The notes: generated by a model from the sequence alone, not told the origin. A stretch of 64,000 nucleotides of DNA from a virus (IMGVR_UViG_3300022744_000027:1-64000), one strand, 5' to 3'; shown: positions 1 to 9,754, counted from the stretch's first letter. Numbers and translations are program-made.

Positions 1-1579
1 GGCTCTGACTGTTGCCAGCCAGCACGCCAGGGCCTTGGGGCTCTTCACGCGACAGCTCGCGCAGCGTGGACTCAGCGATGCTGATAGCGCGGGACAACAC
101 CAGTGGGTTGCCCTTGGCGCCGCGCAGCACGTCAAGCGCCTCGCGGACGTTGCGGTTGGTGAAGTCGAGGGCCACGCCGCAGGACTGCTCCACGCGGTTG
201 TAGTTTTCGTTCACAAGCCAAGTGCTGATGGACTTAACCACCTTGTAGCCGCTGGCCGTGTTCTCCAAGCACAGTACGCCACCGGTGATCAGCACGTCGG
301 TGTCAATGGGGTTGCGGAGGTCGCGCTCCAGACCACGGACGGCAATCGTCTTGTTGGTCAGCGGGGTGCCAGGGTTTACGCCGGCAAACGCCCCAGCGAT
401 CAGCGCCGCAGAGATGTAGGCGGGGTACAGCGTCAGCACACCGGCTGCGTTGTAGTTGTAGTGCCCGAGGTGCACCAAGGACGTCCGGTCGCTGTTGAGC
501 GCCTTCGCGGCAGCCACTGCGGCTGCATCGGTGCTGCTCAGGCCCATGCCAACAATTGCGCGACGCTCCATGCGGGCGACGTTGCTCATGTAGACCGCGT
601 GGGCATCAGCCATCGCGTGGATGGATGCGTCACCGGACACTGGGCAAATCCACTGCGCGTCAACCGTCTGCAGCACCTCGAAGGCGTCTGCCCAGTCGGC
701 CGTAAGGGTCGAGCCATTGGAGCCACCGGACAGGAACGCAAAAGCGGACGCGGCGGGCGGCTTGCCAACGGCAGCCACGCGGGTGGCGCGAACAAAGTCC
801 TGCTGCGCGCCGTTGAACCAGTCCACCAACGCCTGAAGGTCTGCCTTCACGGTGTAGGGCGTGGTTTTCACGTTTTGAGTCGTGATGTAGTCCAGACCGT
901 TCAAAGCGATCTTGGAGTAATTGCCGTCGCCAACAGTGGCAGAGAAGCCGGCCACCAAGTTGATGCGGTCCACCACGGCCTGAATGGTCGTGTACAGCGT
1001 CATGTCGATGGTTGCCACTGTGGTGCCAGTGGGGGCCTGCAACACCACGCTGGTACCGTCAATCGTCGCCACGGCTGTGGCTTCGGCACCGGTGTAGACC
1101 AGAGAGAAAGCGCTACGGGTCAGGTTGTCGATGGTGTAGTAGGCGTCGTCCTTCTGCACCGTTGGGCGCAAGCCGGTAACGCTACCCGCCTCAATCTTGA
1201 CCTTGATCTTGTTCTCGTTCACGCCGTAGCCGACAGACGTGAGGTTAATCACGTTGGCGGTTGTGGAGTCCTTCAGGACGCCCGTTGCCTGCACAGCAGG
1301 GTTCACACGAACAGCGACCACCTGGCTGGGGCCATTGGTTTCGCGGCTGGGGTCAAACGCGGCAAGCACGGCATCCAGCAACTCGCCGGACTCCAGCGTG
1401 CGCTGGGCTTCCTGCGGGCTGCCAAAGCGCAGCGCCGTCTTGGGCGCTCCACCGGCGGAAGACCCGACAATTGCAACGACGTTGCCGACGCTGAGGTTTT
1501 GATTGCGCATCGCGTCATCGTTGACGACAGACGCGGTGGTTGGGGTGATGAGCAGGCGCCCATTGAAGAATACAGACAT
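1..1579 (-). CDS. Tail sheath protein (3' end runs off window)
   Basis: Not in ORF track. Manual translation from ATG 1579 gives MSVFFNGRLLITPTTASVVNDDAMRNQNLSVGNVVAIVGSSAGGAPKTALRFGSPQEAQRTLESGELLDAV..., typical of SPO1/Twort-type sheath N-termini. Lies downstream of neck genes. Confidence 0.85.
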   Translation of the reverse strand, partial: MSVFFNGRLLITPTTASVVNDDAMRNQNLSVGNVVAIVGSSAGGAPKTALRFGSPQEAQRTLESGELLDAVLAAFDPSRETNGPSQVVAVRVNPAVQATGVLKDSTTANVINLTSVGYGVNENKIKVKIEAGSVTGLRPTVQKDDAYYTIDNLTRSAFSLVYTGAEATAVATIDGTSVVLQAPTGTTVATIDMTLYTTIQAVVDRINLVAGFSATVGDGNYSKIALNGLDYITTQNVKTTPYTVKADLQALVDWFNGAQQDFVRATRVAAVGKPPAASAFAFLSGGSNGSTLTADWADAFEVLQTVDAQWICPVSGDASIHAMADAHAVYMSNVARMERRAIVGMGLSSTDAAAVAAAKALNSDRTSLVHLGHYNYNAAGVLTLYPAYISAALIAGAFAGVNPGTPLTNKTIAVRGLERDLRNPIDTDVLITGGVLCLENTASGYKVVKSISTWLVNENYNRVEQSCGVALDFTNRNVREALDVLRGAKGNPLVLSRAISIAESTLRELSREEPQGPGVLAGNSQS

Positions 1580-1591
1580 GCTGGGCCTCGC

Positions 1592-1807
1592 TTAAACAGG
1601 CTTGTTGAGAAATGCGTCGAACCGAGATTTGAACTCGGACTCGGTGGCGCTCAGGCGTCCACCGGTGCGCTCGTGGTGCTCAAAGGAACCGATCAGCTCT
1701 GGACGCTTCACGGTCGCCGACAGGCGAGCGCAAAACTCATTCAGATGCTGGGGAAGTTCCGGCGTCGCTGGCTCTGCCGACGCCACAGTGGTGGCTAACT
1801 TGCTCAA
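1592..1807 (-). CDS. Small hypothetical virion protein (71 aa)
   Basis: Sits between the tail-completion gene and the sheath; overlaps the upstream stop codon. Confidence 0.65.
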   Translation of the reverse strand: MSKLATTVASAEPATPELPQHLNEFCARLSATVKRPELIGSFEHHERTGGRLSATESEFKSRFDAFLNKPV

Positions 1808-2640
1808 TTAGTGCTCCTTGAAATAACTTCGTTGATGACGCTGTTCACTCGACCGGCAACGCGAACCGGGGCCAGGCAGGTGAACGTGCTCATCACCTGG
1901 TAGATGTGAGCGGGATACTCGCCGTTGACGGCATCAATGTCCTGCTGCGACAGGCTGCACTGCTGCCACCCTTCGTCAGCGAACACCGGCAGGTTTGCCA
2001 CGACGATCCGTCGTATGGCCTTGCGAAGCTCCAGCCGCTCGTCGCTGTTCAAGCTCCAGCCGATCAGGGTCACGCTGACATTTGCCAGCCACCCCTCGGA
2101 CTCGGACCAATCGCCGCCAATCTCGTCGAACTGGTCGCCGATCATGTCCTCGCCGATAAACCGCTCGCCGGGTTCCTCGTTTTCGAGGTGCACGGTCACG
2201 AGTGGCATGGCCAGGTCGCGCTCAAGCGACGGGGATGCTGTATAGACTTGGATGTAACCAAGCTCGGTGGCGAAGTTGCCGCGTTGGCACTCCACCAGGA
2301 GGCCGGACTCAATCCGCTGACGGAGCACCGACAGCACGTCGACACTCATGTCCTCGTAGATAGCGTCAGGCGTGCCGCTTGCCGTGGGACCAGCCGTCCA
2401 GACCAAGCCATCGGACGTGTAGAACGGCCGGTAGAAGGCCATCACCTGATTTTGCAGAAAGGCAGAGTCAACGATTACACGCTCGTCTCCTTCATACGCC
2501 ACGACCGCCGATGCGTCGTCGTGGCTGGAAAATGTATCAGAACCCTTGCGAAGCACCTTCCACCGGACGGCACCAGCTGGCGGCTCGATAAAGAGCCGCA
2601 GCGCATTGCCGACGTGGAGTGGTTGCACCATGGAGATCAC
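1804..2640 (-). CDS. Putative tail completion/terminator protein
   Basis: 278 aa just upstream of the sheath; GTG start 14 nt from a late promoter octamer. Confidence 0.6.
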   Translation of the reverse strand: MISMVQPLHVGNALRLFIEPPAGAVRWKVLRKGSDTFSSHDDASAVVAYEGDERVIVDSAFLQNQVMAFYRPFYTSDGLVWTAGPTASGTPDAIYEDMSVDVLSVLRQRIESGLLVECQRGNFATELGYIQVYTASPSLERDLAMPLVTVHLENEEPGERFIGEDMIGDQFDEIGGDWSESEGWLANVSVTLIGWSLNSDERLELRKAIRRIVVANLPVFADEGWQQCSLSQQDIDAVNGEYPAHIYQVMSTFTCLAPVRVAGRVNSVINEVISRSTN

Positions 2641-2646
2641 GCCCGA

Positions 2647-2662
2647 ATTTTTACATCACGAC
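2647..2662 (-). promoter_or_regulatory. Late promoter motif
   Basis: GTCGTGAT-GT-AAAAAT-TCGGGC-GTG(2640). Confidence 0.7.
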
Positions 2663-2664
2663 CG

Positions 2665-2680
2665 GGCGTGACAACACAAT
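2665..2680 (+). promoter_or_regulatory. Late promoter motif (divergent copy)
   Basis: GGCGTGAC-AA-CACAAT-CAAGAC-ATG(2687). Confidence 0.65.
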
Positions 2681-2686
2681 CAAGAC

Positions 2687-3559
2687 ATGAGTGCACTCAG
2701 CTACAAGATCACGTTCTCCGCCGGTGCCCAGCTCGACCTCGCGGCAGGCATCAATTCTCAGGTGATGCCGCTACTGAACCAGGCTGTACGCGCGGTGGCG
2801 CAGCAGACTGCAATCGATTGGCAGAAAGCCGTGCACCGGGCCAAGTTATGGAGCGGGGAAAAGGACGCATACGCCCAGAGCATCAAGTGGCAGATGACGG
2901 GCGACTTTAGCGCGATGGTCGAAACCGACTACAAGCACGCCGCCGAGATCGAAACCGGGCGCGGGCCGCGCGACCTGAAGCAGATGCTACTGACAAGCCA
3001 GAAGGTCAGACGCACCAAGGATGGGCGCAGGTTTCTGGTCATACCCATGCGCCACAACACCCCAGGCAACACCGCGCACGCCAGCGCCGTGCCAGCAGCA
3101 GTACACAACCTCGCATCGGCCATGGCGCCGTCGCGCGTGGTCTCCATGGGGCAACGCCCCAGCGGCGAGGTTACGAACCTGTCCCCAAAATCCGGCATGT
3201 CGGCCGCCAGCAAGCAGACACCGTACCTAAGCAACCCAAAGACCAAGCAGGCCTCAATGGTGGCTGCCCGCAAGTACGCATTGGGCGGCAGGCTGACGAT
3301 GGGGGCGCTCAAAGGCGCAGGGATGGACGCGGCGTCAGCGAAACGCTACGCGGGCATGGTTCGCATGGACACCAGCACGCCAGGCGGCGGAAAGTCGTCT
3401 CAGCTTATGACGTTCAGAATCATGATGGAGGGCGCAACCGGCAAGTGGGTTATCCCGGCGCAGCCCGGCAAGTTCCTCGCCAGAGGTGTCGCCCAGGCCA
3501 TGCAGCCCAAGGCCGAGGCGGCGTTTGCAGCCGCCGTGAAGAAGACGATCAGCGGCTGA
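2687..3559 (+). CDS. Putative neck/virion morphogenesis protein (HK97 gp10-like), inverted orientation
   Basis: 290 aa with YAQSI, HAAEIETGRGPRDLK, FLVIPMRH, TFRIM and WVIPAQPG motifs seen in myovirus neck proteins; has its own late promoter. Confidence 0.6.
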   Translation: MSALSYKITFSAGAQLDLAAGINSQVMPLLNQAVRAVAQQTAIDWQKAVHRAKLWSGEKDAYAQSIKWQMTGDFSAMVETDYKHAAEIETGRGPRDLKQMLLTSQKVRRTKDGRRFLVIPMRHNTPGNTAHASAVPAAVHNLASAMAPSRVVSMGQRPSGEVTNLSPKSGMSAASKQTPYLSNPKTKQASMVAARKYALGGRLTMGALKGAGMDAASAKRYAGMVRMDTSTPGGGKSSQLMTFRIMMEGATGKWVIPAQPGKFLARGVAQAMQPKAEAAFAAAVKKTISG

Positions 3560-4190
3560 ACAAGTCCCACTTGCGGGCGACCACCTTCTTGGGCAGGCGC
3601 ATGCCGCTGTGCATGTTCCGATTACTGGGCAGCGCTGCCCACACGAAATATTCAAGATACCGCGTCCCAGTCAGGGAGTAGCTGGTGCCTGCAGGCGGCT
3701 CACCCACACCGCCGGGCCACGTGGGGCGACCGTCGGTACCGATCACCGGCAAACCGCCCTCCACAACAAGGCGAGTGGTCGGATGCAGCCAGAAACACCG
3801 AGTGACGCTGGCCACTGCGAATATCAGACGCTCCGCCGGTGCACCGCGCAGCAGCGGCTGGCTGAACACATCTGTGGCGTTGAGCATGACAACGCGGTCG
3901 AACTGGCCGGCGTCCCACAACGGGCTGGACTGGGGAATGCTGAGCACGGTGTCGCCGGACTCCCACTGCCCGGACTGCGCCCACTCCGCCAATGTCTCCT
4001 GCCCCGCGATGCCGGTCACCGTCCGCACAGGCTCATCCCACAGGCGGCCCTTGCCGGAGCACAGTATGTGCTTCGGGTCGGCCGCGCCCGATTGTGGGTT
4101 GACGCACGCACAGGCATAGGAGCGCCGCCAGTCCACGGACTGTCCGATGTTGGATAGGTGGCGATCAAACGCCGACGAATTGAACCGCAT
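3549..4190 (-). CDS. Head closure/head-tail adaptor protein
   Basis: 213 aa with CAC...C.GKG motif typical of SPO1-like head-closure proteins; position in head-neck cluster. Confidence 0.6.
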   Translation of the reverse strand: MRFNSSAFDRHLSNIGQSVDWRRSYACACVNPQSGAADPKHILCSGKGRLWDEPVRTVTGIAGQETLAEWAQSGQWESGDTVLSIPQSSPLWDAGQFDRVVMLNATDVFSQPLLRGAPAERLIFAVASVTRCFWLHPTTRLVVEGGLPVIGTDGRPTWPGGVGEPPAGTSYSLTGTRYLEYFVWAALPSNRNMHSGMRLPKKVVARKWDLFSR

Positions 4191-5269
4191 CAGATCACCA
4201 CCATCCGCACGCCGTGAATGCGCGCCATGAGGCCGCCGTTCGATCCAGCCGAGCCGTTGAGAATGGTGTCCACGGCATCGTGGTACTTACTGGCGTCCAC
4301 AGACAAGCTCTGCGACAGGCCATCGGCGCTGATAGAGCCGGACTGAGGCATGAAGCCATCCTCCACGATCTTGACCACGGCCATTTTTTGCACGGCGTCG
4401 ATCAGGTCCGGGTAGTCGCGGGCGGCATTAGCCAGGCCGGCAATGTATTCCAGCTCCACGGTGAACGGGAGCTGGCGTCCGCCAGAGAAGTGGCTAAGGA
4501 ACATGCCGCCCAGCAGCGTCTGGTACGCCGTGCCCGTGGGCACGATCTGCACCTGGCCGTACCTGCCGTCGTGGCGCACCCAGTCGGGTGGCACCTCCAT
4601 GATCGTCTGCGCCGGTGAGGGGTAGACGAATTTCATGCTGACAATCGATTGAATAGGCTTCTGGCGGGTGATGATCATGCCCCACTTGTCGCCGGTGTAG
4701 TTGCCGGGGTCGTAATCGTAGGCTGGGTCGATGTCCCACGGCATACCGGCAGGCAGCGCGGCTATCTGCTCGGGGGTTGGTGTGCGCGGGAAAAATCGGG
4801 TCGGCGCCAGCGGAACGCGCAGGGCATGCGCCACATGGGCCTCTGCTGCGAGCAGCTTCTCCCACAGGTACTCGTCGCTCACCTGCAGGTCGGGCATGAT
4901 CGAGTGAGCCAGCAGCATGAGCCGGTCCGCCCGAATCTTGTCGATGACCACGTCCTGAATGAACAGGGCCGAGCGCACGATTTGACCCAGCGCCACGGAT
5001 GTGACGGCAAAGCGCTTCACGCCACGGGACCACGCCACCACCAGAAGGGCGTCGCCCGTCGGGATTGCGAGGGTTTCTGCCTCGGTCAAATCGACCGACA
5101 CGGCACCAGGCGCAGTGCCAAGCGTGGCGGCCTTGGATGGCACGTAGACGGTGCCACCATCAACGGAGATGACCGATGCCGTCACGGCGCCTGTGATGGG
5201 GACGGCAGCGCCACTGGCCGTGACGATGACAGCCAGCGTGGCTGGCAGGTTCTGTGTGGTCGTGAGCAT
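4190..5269 (-). CDS. Head-tail connector/neck protein
   Basis: C-terminal SGSISADGLSQSLS and Y.AG motifs of neck adaptors. Start moved from 5284 to ATG 5269 because the promoter overlaps 5284. Confidence 0.65.
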   Translation of the reverse strand: MLTTTQNLPATLAVIVTASGAAVPITGAVTASVISVDGGTVYVPSKAATLGTAPGAVSVDLTEAETLAIPTGDALLVVAWSRGVKRFAVTSVALGQIVRSALFIQDVVIDKIRADRLMLLAHSIMPDLQVSDEYLWEKLLAAEAHVAHALRVPLAPTRFFPRTPTPEQIAALPAGMPWDIDPAYDYDPGNYTGDKWGMIITRQKPIQSIVSMKFVYPSPAQTIMEVPPDWVRHDGRYGQVQIVPTGTAYQTLLGGMFLSHFSGGRQLPFTVELEYIAGLANAARDYPDLIDAVQKMAVVKIVEDGFMPQSGSISADGLSQSLSVDASKYHDAVDTILNGSAGSNGGLMARIHGVRMVVI

Positions 5270-5279
5270 GATGGCGGCA

Positions 5280-5295
5280 ATCATTGCATCACGAC
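5280..5295 (-). promoter_or_regulatory. Late promoter motif
   Basis: GTCGTGAT-GC-AATGAT, immediately after the terminator. Confidence 0.6.
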
Positions 5296-5296
5296 G

Positions 5297-5320
5297 AAAA
5301 AAAGCCGCCCGAAGGCGGCT
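5297..5320 (-). terminator. Intrinsic terminator of capsid operon
   Basis: AGCCGCC-TTCG-GGCGGCT followed by a T-run on the minus strand. Confidence 0.85.
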
Positions 5321-5341
5321 GGTTCAAAGCTACAGCCAGGC

Positions 5342-5692
5342 TTAGAACGTGGTTTCGTCGTCGGCTGTGCCGTCGGCCTTGGCCGCGGGCTTCACGGCCT
5401 TAGCGGGGGCCACGGGTGCCACTGTCTTGGCGGGTGGTGCGGGTGGGGTGACAGCCTTCAATGCAGCGGCGGCCTCGTCGGCGGCGCGCTGGGCAGCGGC
5501 GGCAATTTCAGCCTTGCGGCGAGCATCAGCAGCGGGGTCTTCCTTGTGCTCCACGTAGCCGGGGATGGATAGGAAGGCCTCGGCCTGCTCAGCGGAGACT
5601 TCATCGGACAGCATACCGCCTTCGGCTGGGGTGAACTTCACGCCGTTGATTTCAGCGGCGGCGTTGGGGAGGGTACAGATTACTTTGGGCAT
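5342..5692 (-). CDS. Small Ala/Pro-rich virion protein
   Basis: 116 aa, GGAG SD; position after the major capsid gene. Confidence 0.7.
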   Translation of the reverse strand: MPKVICTLPNAAAEINGVKFTPAEGGMLSDEVSAEQAEAFLSIPGYVEHKEDPAADARRKAEIAAAAQRAADEAAAALKAVTPPAPPAKTVAPVAPAKAVKPAAKADGTADDETTF

Positions 5693-5708
5693 GGAAACTC
5701 CGGTAGGG

Positions 5709-6593
5709 TTAAAACAGAGGCACTGTGAACAGCTCGGTGTTGCCGTTATTCATGACGGGAACACCATTGTACCTGTGGCTCGAAAACTGTTGGTGCAGTT
5801 GCTTCTCGCGGATTCTGGCATCACGACCCAACGAGAACGAAATTGTTGATACCAATGACGCCTTGACGCCCTTCACAAGCCCCATGGAGAGCAAGCGCTT
5901 GCTGGGTGGGCGGTTGGTGATGCCGACCTTGTGCAGCACTGCGCCGCCAGGAGTGGTCATCCTGAATTGGTAAAGGGTGGCCGGAAGGTCGTCGCGGAAG
6001 CCGGTGAACCCTGGCTCCATGTGGCGGCAGGCGTCCAGCTCCAAGCCCCGGCGGAGCATGGTGGTGTACGCGCCAAAGTCGGTCTCCTTGAAGACGCCGC
6101 GGGTCTTGAACTGCAGTGCGATGGCGAGGATTTCGTCGTCGGTGAGGCGGCGCGTGCCGTCGGGCATGTGGGCGCAAACGGTGTCGAGGATGCCGCGCTT
6201 AATCGCAGATTGATAAGCTCCGTTGTCGCGTTCGACAAACTCGCTGCGGGTGGAATATTTCGAGGCAATTGCTCCAATTTCAGCATCCGAGAGGCGGCGC
6301 TTTTTCGTGATCATGTGGGAAAACGCAGCATCAATCAGTCCGCGCTTGCGGGCTGCCGTATAAAGCGGTTGATCAGCATTCCTGAACTCGGTGCGGGTGG
6401 AATACTTGGCTGCGGCTAACAGCACCATCTCGTCCGTTATCGACCGGTGCATGTGCTCCATGTGGGCGCAGGCTTCATCGACACGGCGCATGTGCCTGAG
6501 TGACTGATAGTGTCCATAAAACAACCTACGGAATTCCGACCTCGTCTTGCACTTCAGCGCCTCCGCTGCGCACTCTTCAAAAGTTCTTTTCAT
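5709..6593 (-). CDS. Free-standing homing endonuclease-like protein (four ~50-aa repeats plus GIY-YIG/T5orf172-like domain)
   Basis: Four repeats of the pattern A.KY.TR.EF...D..AY..A.KRG..D..C.HM, then LYQF...HKVGITN...RL...EKQLH...GNTELF. Start probably ATG 6593 (track gives 6629). Confidence 0.7.
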   Translation of the reverse strand: MKRTFEECAAEALKCKTRSEFRRLFYGHYQSLRHMRRVDEACAHMEHMHRSITDEMVLLAAAKYSTRTEFRNADQPLYTAARKRGLIDAAFSHMITKKRRLSDAEIGAIASKYSTRSEFVERDNGAYQSAIKRGILDTVCAHMPDGTRRLTDDEILAIALQFKTRGVFKETDFGAYTTMLRRGLELDACRHMEPGFTGFRDDLPATLYQFRMTTPGGAVLHKVGITNRPPSKRLLSMGLVKGVKASLVSTISFSLGRDARIREKQLHQQFSSHRYNGVPVMNNGNTELFTVPLF

Positions 6594-6654
6594 GGCAAAA
6601 AAAAATGGCGACACATAATGTGCCGCCATCTTAGCTCTGCTTTACGCTGATTTA

Positions 6655-8163
6655 TCAGCCGTGCGGACGCCAAGTGCTGGTCGCTGGAAGAATATTCTTC
6701 ACGAAACCATGATGTTTCGGCTTGGTAATGCGCAAAAAGCCGAATAAGAACTGGAACCATGATTGCACTGGCACGCCACCCACGCCGAAAGGCAATGGAA
6801 TCTTGGTCATCGGCTGGAACTGGCGCCATCCGATTGCATCAGCCGACTGAGCCAAGTTCAACACTGGCACCTTGCAAGTACCAGGGATGTCGCGGTTCAA
6901 ATCGGTAAACACGGTGGATGCACCAGTGCGGGGGATGATTTTCACCAAGCGCAGGTCGCTGGTACCGTCGGTACCATTCTGGCGACCGCGATAGATCGCG
7001 TAGCCAGTCTCGGTGCCGGATGCGGACACAGTGATAGTCACAACAGCCTTCTTGCCTGCGGCCACGGCGATCTGGCCGGACTTCAGGATAGTGGACTGAC
7101 CCTGACCAGCGCCACCCACGCCGGCGACGGCGTAGTAGTAGTTACCAGCGCGAGGCGCGGTGAACTGGCTGGCGGTGTCGTCGGCTGTAGCGACCACAGC
7201 AATTGCAGCGGGCTTGAACGTGTTGTTAGCCGTGGCCAATGCGGGCTGTGACACCTCGAACGGCTTGGACATCACGAAGTCTGCGTGGTGCAGGAACGTG
7301 TCGATGTTGGTCTTCAACACGCCTTCGGTCAGGCGAATGCCAGACACGTGAGCGCCGACTGCCATGTTCTGGTTGCCACCATCGGGGCTCCAGCGGAATG
7401 CGGGGTCCAGACCCATGTTCAAGTCAGTCTGCACAGCAGTAGGCATGAACACGTCGGTGATGCGACCCCAAGAACCATAGTCAAACACCGAAGCGTTGAT
7501 CTTGGCAAAAGGCTCCACGGAATTCAGGGGCAGGCCCTGCATGTCCACGACGTTGGAATCGGGCACATTGCCGGCTTCGATTTCCGCTTCGATCTGGGCA
7601 AAGATGCCGTCGAACTCGGTTGGGCAAGCCTTGCTGTTTCCGTAGAACAACAGGTACTCAGCGTCGGTCATCAACTGCAGGGCGCCGTTGCGCTCTTCCA
7701 CAGCGGTGGCTTCCACGATGTTCTTGCCGATATTCAGCACGTAGCCGACCTGGCGCAAAGTCATCAGGAATTTGACCAGGCCAACTTCACGGCTGTACTC
7801 GCCCTGAGCTGCGCGAACAACACCCATCTGGGAGTTAGTCGAACCGCCGAGGAAGCCACCGATGCCAGTCTGGCGGGTGTATTCGTCAACGATGTTAGTC
7901 GCGTTGGTCTGCTGCAGGCGCTTGAACAACACGAAGTGTTCCTGCTCCTGAATGGTGGTCTTCATGGCGGTGTCCAAAGACTGCACGCCCAGAGCGCCAC
8001 CACCGGTCAAGGTGGAAACGTCGGTCTGGTACGAGCTGGCTTCGAGGGCCTTCTTCAGATCGCCCATGGCGTCCAAAGAGCCGCCCATAGAGGCGCCGAG
8101 GGATGGATTGCTGCCGCCGGGGGCCATGCCCGCAAACTGCTGCATCAAGGTTTGAGCGTCCAT
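6655..8163 (-). CDS. Major capsid protein (SPO1/Twort-like)
   Basis: 502 aa; LKKA followed by ...TGGGALGVQSLD, EYLLFYG and EFDGI motifs; follows protease and scaffold. Confidence 0.9.
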   Translation of the reverse strand: MDAQTLMQQFAGMAPGGSNPSLGASMGGSLDAMGDLKKALEASSYQTDVSTLTGGGALGVQSLDTAMKTTIQEQEHFVLFKRLQQTNATNIVDEYTRQTGIGGFLGGSTNSQMGVVRAAQGEYSREVGLVKFLMTLRQVGYVLNIGKNIVEATAVEERNGALQLMTDAEYLLFYGNSKACPTEFDGIFAQIEAEIEAGNVPDSNVVDMQGLPLNSVEPFAKINASVFDYGSWGRITDVFMPTAVQTDLNMGLDPAFRWSPDGGNQNMAVGAHVSGIRLTEGVLKTNIDTFLHHADFVMSKPFEVSQPALATANNTFKPAAIAVVATADDTASQFTAPRAGNYYYAVAGVGGAGQGQSTILKSGQIAVAAGKKAVVTITVSASGTETGYAIYRGRQNGTDGTSDLRLVKIIPRTGASTVFTDLNRDIPGTCKVPVLNLAQSADAIGWRQFQPMTKIPLPFGVGGVPVQSWFQFLFGFLRITKPKHHGFVKNILPATSTWRPHG

Positions 8164-8201
8164 TGCTGTGTCCTTAAGAGTAAAAGTTAATGATGCCGCG
8201 A

Positions 8202-8843
8202 TCAGGCGAGGGCGATCTTTTGGATCAAGCCCGGCTCAATTGGGTGATTGCCGCGTAAGCTAACGCTCACCACATTGAGTTCTTTGCCGCTGATCTTCCC
8301 GGCATCGAAAGCTGCATTAGCCTTGGCGAAAAACTGCTCGGGCGTGACACCCGCATCAGCATTGGCCTTGGCCATCGTGTCGCCAATAGCGGGCTTCTCG
8401 ATCACGGACAGCATGGCTTTGCGGCCGCGACCTTGTGACGAGAGGCTGGCCACTTGGGCAGACAACGATTTGATCATGTCGCCTTGCTTGCGCACGACGG
8501 TATTAAATGAGTCCAACGCCTTGGCCAGCACATCATCGGACTGGGTCTGGCGTGCCATTAGGGACTTCACCAGATCGGTGGCGTCGACGGCTTCATGGCT
8601 TGCACCAGACTCGTCGGTGAACGCGAAAGATTTGCCGAAGTCTGGTTTGTCGCCAGCGGCAGCAGGTGCGGCAGGTGCGGCGCCACCATCGGCAGCAGCT
8701 GCTGCAATTGCGGCGTCGTCACCATCTTCGTCGTCTTCATCTTCGACGGGCGCAGGTGGCTCAGCGATAGCCTTGGCCATCGTGTCGGTTTCGGTGCTAA
8801 TAGCACCAAGCTCTTCAAGGAGCGCTTCAAAGTTCTTGCTCAT
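8202..8843 (-). CDS. Scaffold protein
   Basis: Acidic, coiled-coil, many [hydrophobic]-x-K-[AS] sites; lies between protease and capsid. Confidence 0.75.
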   Translation of the reverse strand: MSKNFEALLEELGAISTETDTMAKAIAEPPAPVEDEDDEDGDDAAIAAAAADGGAAPAAPAAAGDKPDFGKSFAFTDESGASHEAVDATDLVKSLMARQTQSDDVLAKALDSFNTVVRKQGDMIKSLSAQVASLSSQGRGRKAMLSVIEKPAIGDTMAKANADAGVTPEQFFAKANAAFDAGKISGKELNVVSVSLRGNHPIEPGLIQKIALA

Positions 8844-9748
8844 TTAATTCTCCGGTTTTTGGAAAGACCTGATTTTAGATCGCCTAGAAAGCGATCCACC
8901 CACTCGGCCGACTCATCGAGCGAGAGCACGAAGGCTTCTGCGCTGTAGTGCATCAAGCCATTCGCAGACGTGTCGCTGACCTTGCCGCTTTTGACGGCGG
9001 CCGCGAGACGTTCACGAAAGTCGAAATATGACTTCGGGGAGCGCGACCCACCGTCCAAGGACTGAGTGGTCAGTGCGGCTCCGCCGGTTTTTGCTGTGGC
9101 ATCCGTGGCATACGAGGCTTCGAGGGCTTTGGCCATGTCAAAGCCGCCCGCGCCCCAGGACTTCGCCAAGACACCGAAAGGGATTGTAGACACACCACCG
9201 ACGGTTTGATTCACCGGGTGCTGGCTGAGTGCGATGTTTGTCCAGCGCACGCCACTGACGACGCCAACGCGGTCGCCGGTATCGGGGTCGATGCGGGTGG
9301 ACTTGGCTAACACCTTGCCACCAACGCTGGGGTACCACTTGCGGGGCGGGTTCAGCTTCGTCATGCTGTCCCACACCTCATTGGCGCGCTGGGCTAGTGG
9401 CGTGTCGCCGGTAAAGAGTTGGGCCTTCACGAAGGTCGATGCGCCGCTCACACGGACATCAACGGGCGTGCCGATTTCCCAATGCTCTGGGTTGTCGATG
9501 CCGTACATCTTGGCGACGGCTGGCATTGATTTGTGGTCGAGGTCGATGTTGCCGAACTTGAGGTAGTGCCCGGCCGACTCTTCAAGAGCCTTTGCCAGCA
9601 CGATCTCGTTCTGCTGGTCTCGCGCTTCGCGGGAAGCCTCCAGATAGACGAATCGACCCCCGCCTTCCTGAGCAGGCGTGGCTTTCAGCATCATTTCGAT
9701 ACTGAGGTAATCGGGGAGGTCCGCAATCAGCTGCGCTTCGCTGGTCAT
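8840..9748 (-). CDS. Prohead protease
   Basis: ASREARDQQNEIV, GNIDLDH, SVGG and IALSQHPVN motifs of HK97/SPO1-type prohead proteases. Confidence 0.85.
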   Translation of the reverse strand: MTSEAQLIADLPDYLSIEMMLKATPAQEGGGRFVYLEASREARDQQNEIVLAKALEESAGHYLKFGNIDLDHKSMPAVAKMYGIDNPEHWEIGTPVDVRVSGASTFVKAQLFTGDTPLAQRANEVWDSMTKLNPPRKWYPSVGGKVLAKSTRIDPDTGDRVGVVSGVRWTNIALSQHPVNQTVGGVSTIPFGVLAKSWGAGGFDMAKALEASYATDATAKTGGAALTTQSLDGGSRSPKSYFDFRERLAAAVKSGKVSDTSANGLMHYSAEAFVLSLDESAEWVDRFLGDLKSGLSKNRRIK

Positions 9749-9754
9749 GAGCGA

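Noticed and set aside
35-1798. 587-aa plus-strand ORF
   Set aside because: Antisense shadow of the minus-strand tail sheath gene, caused by GC3 bias; no recognisable motifs.
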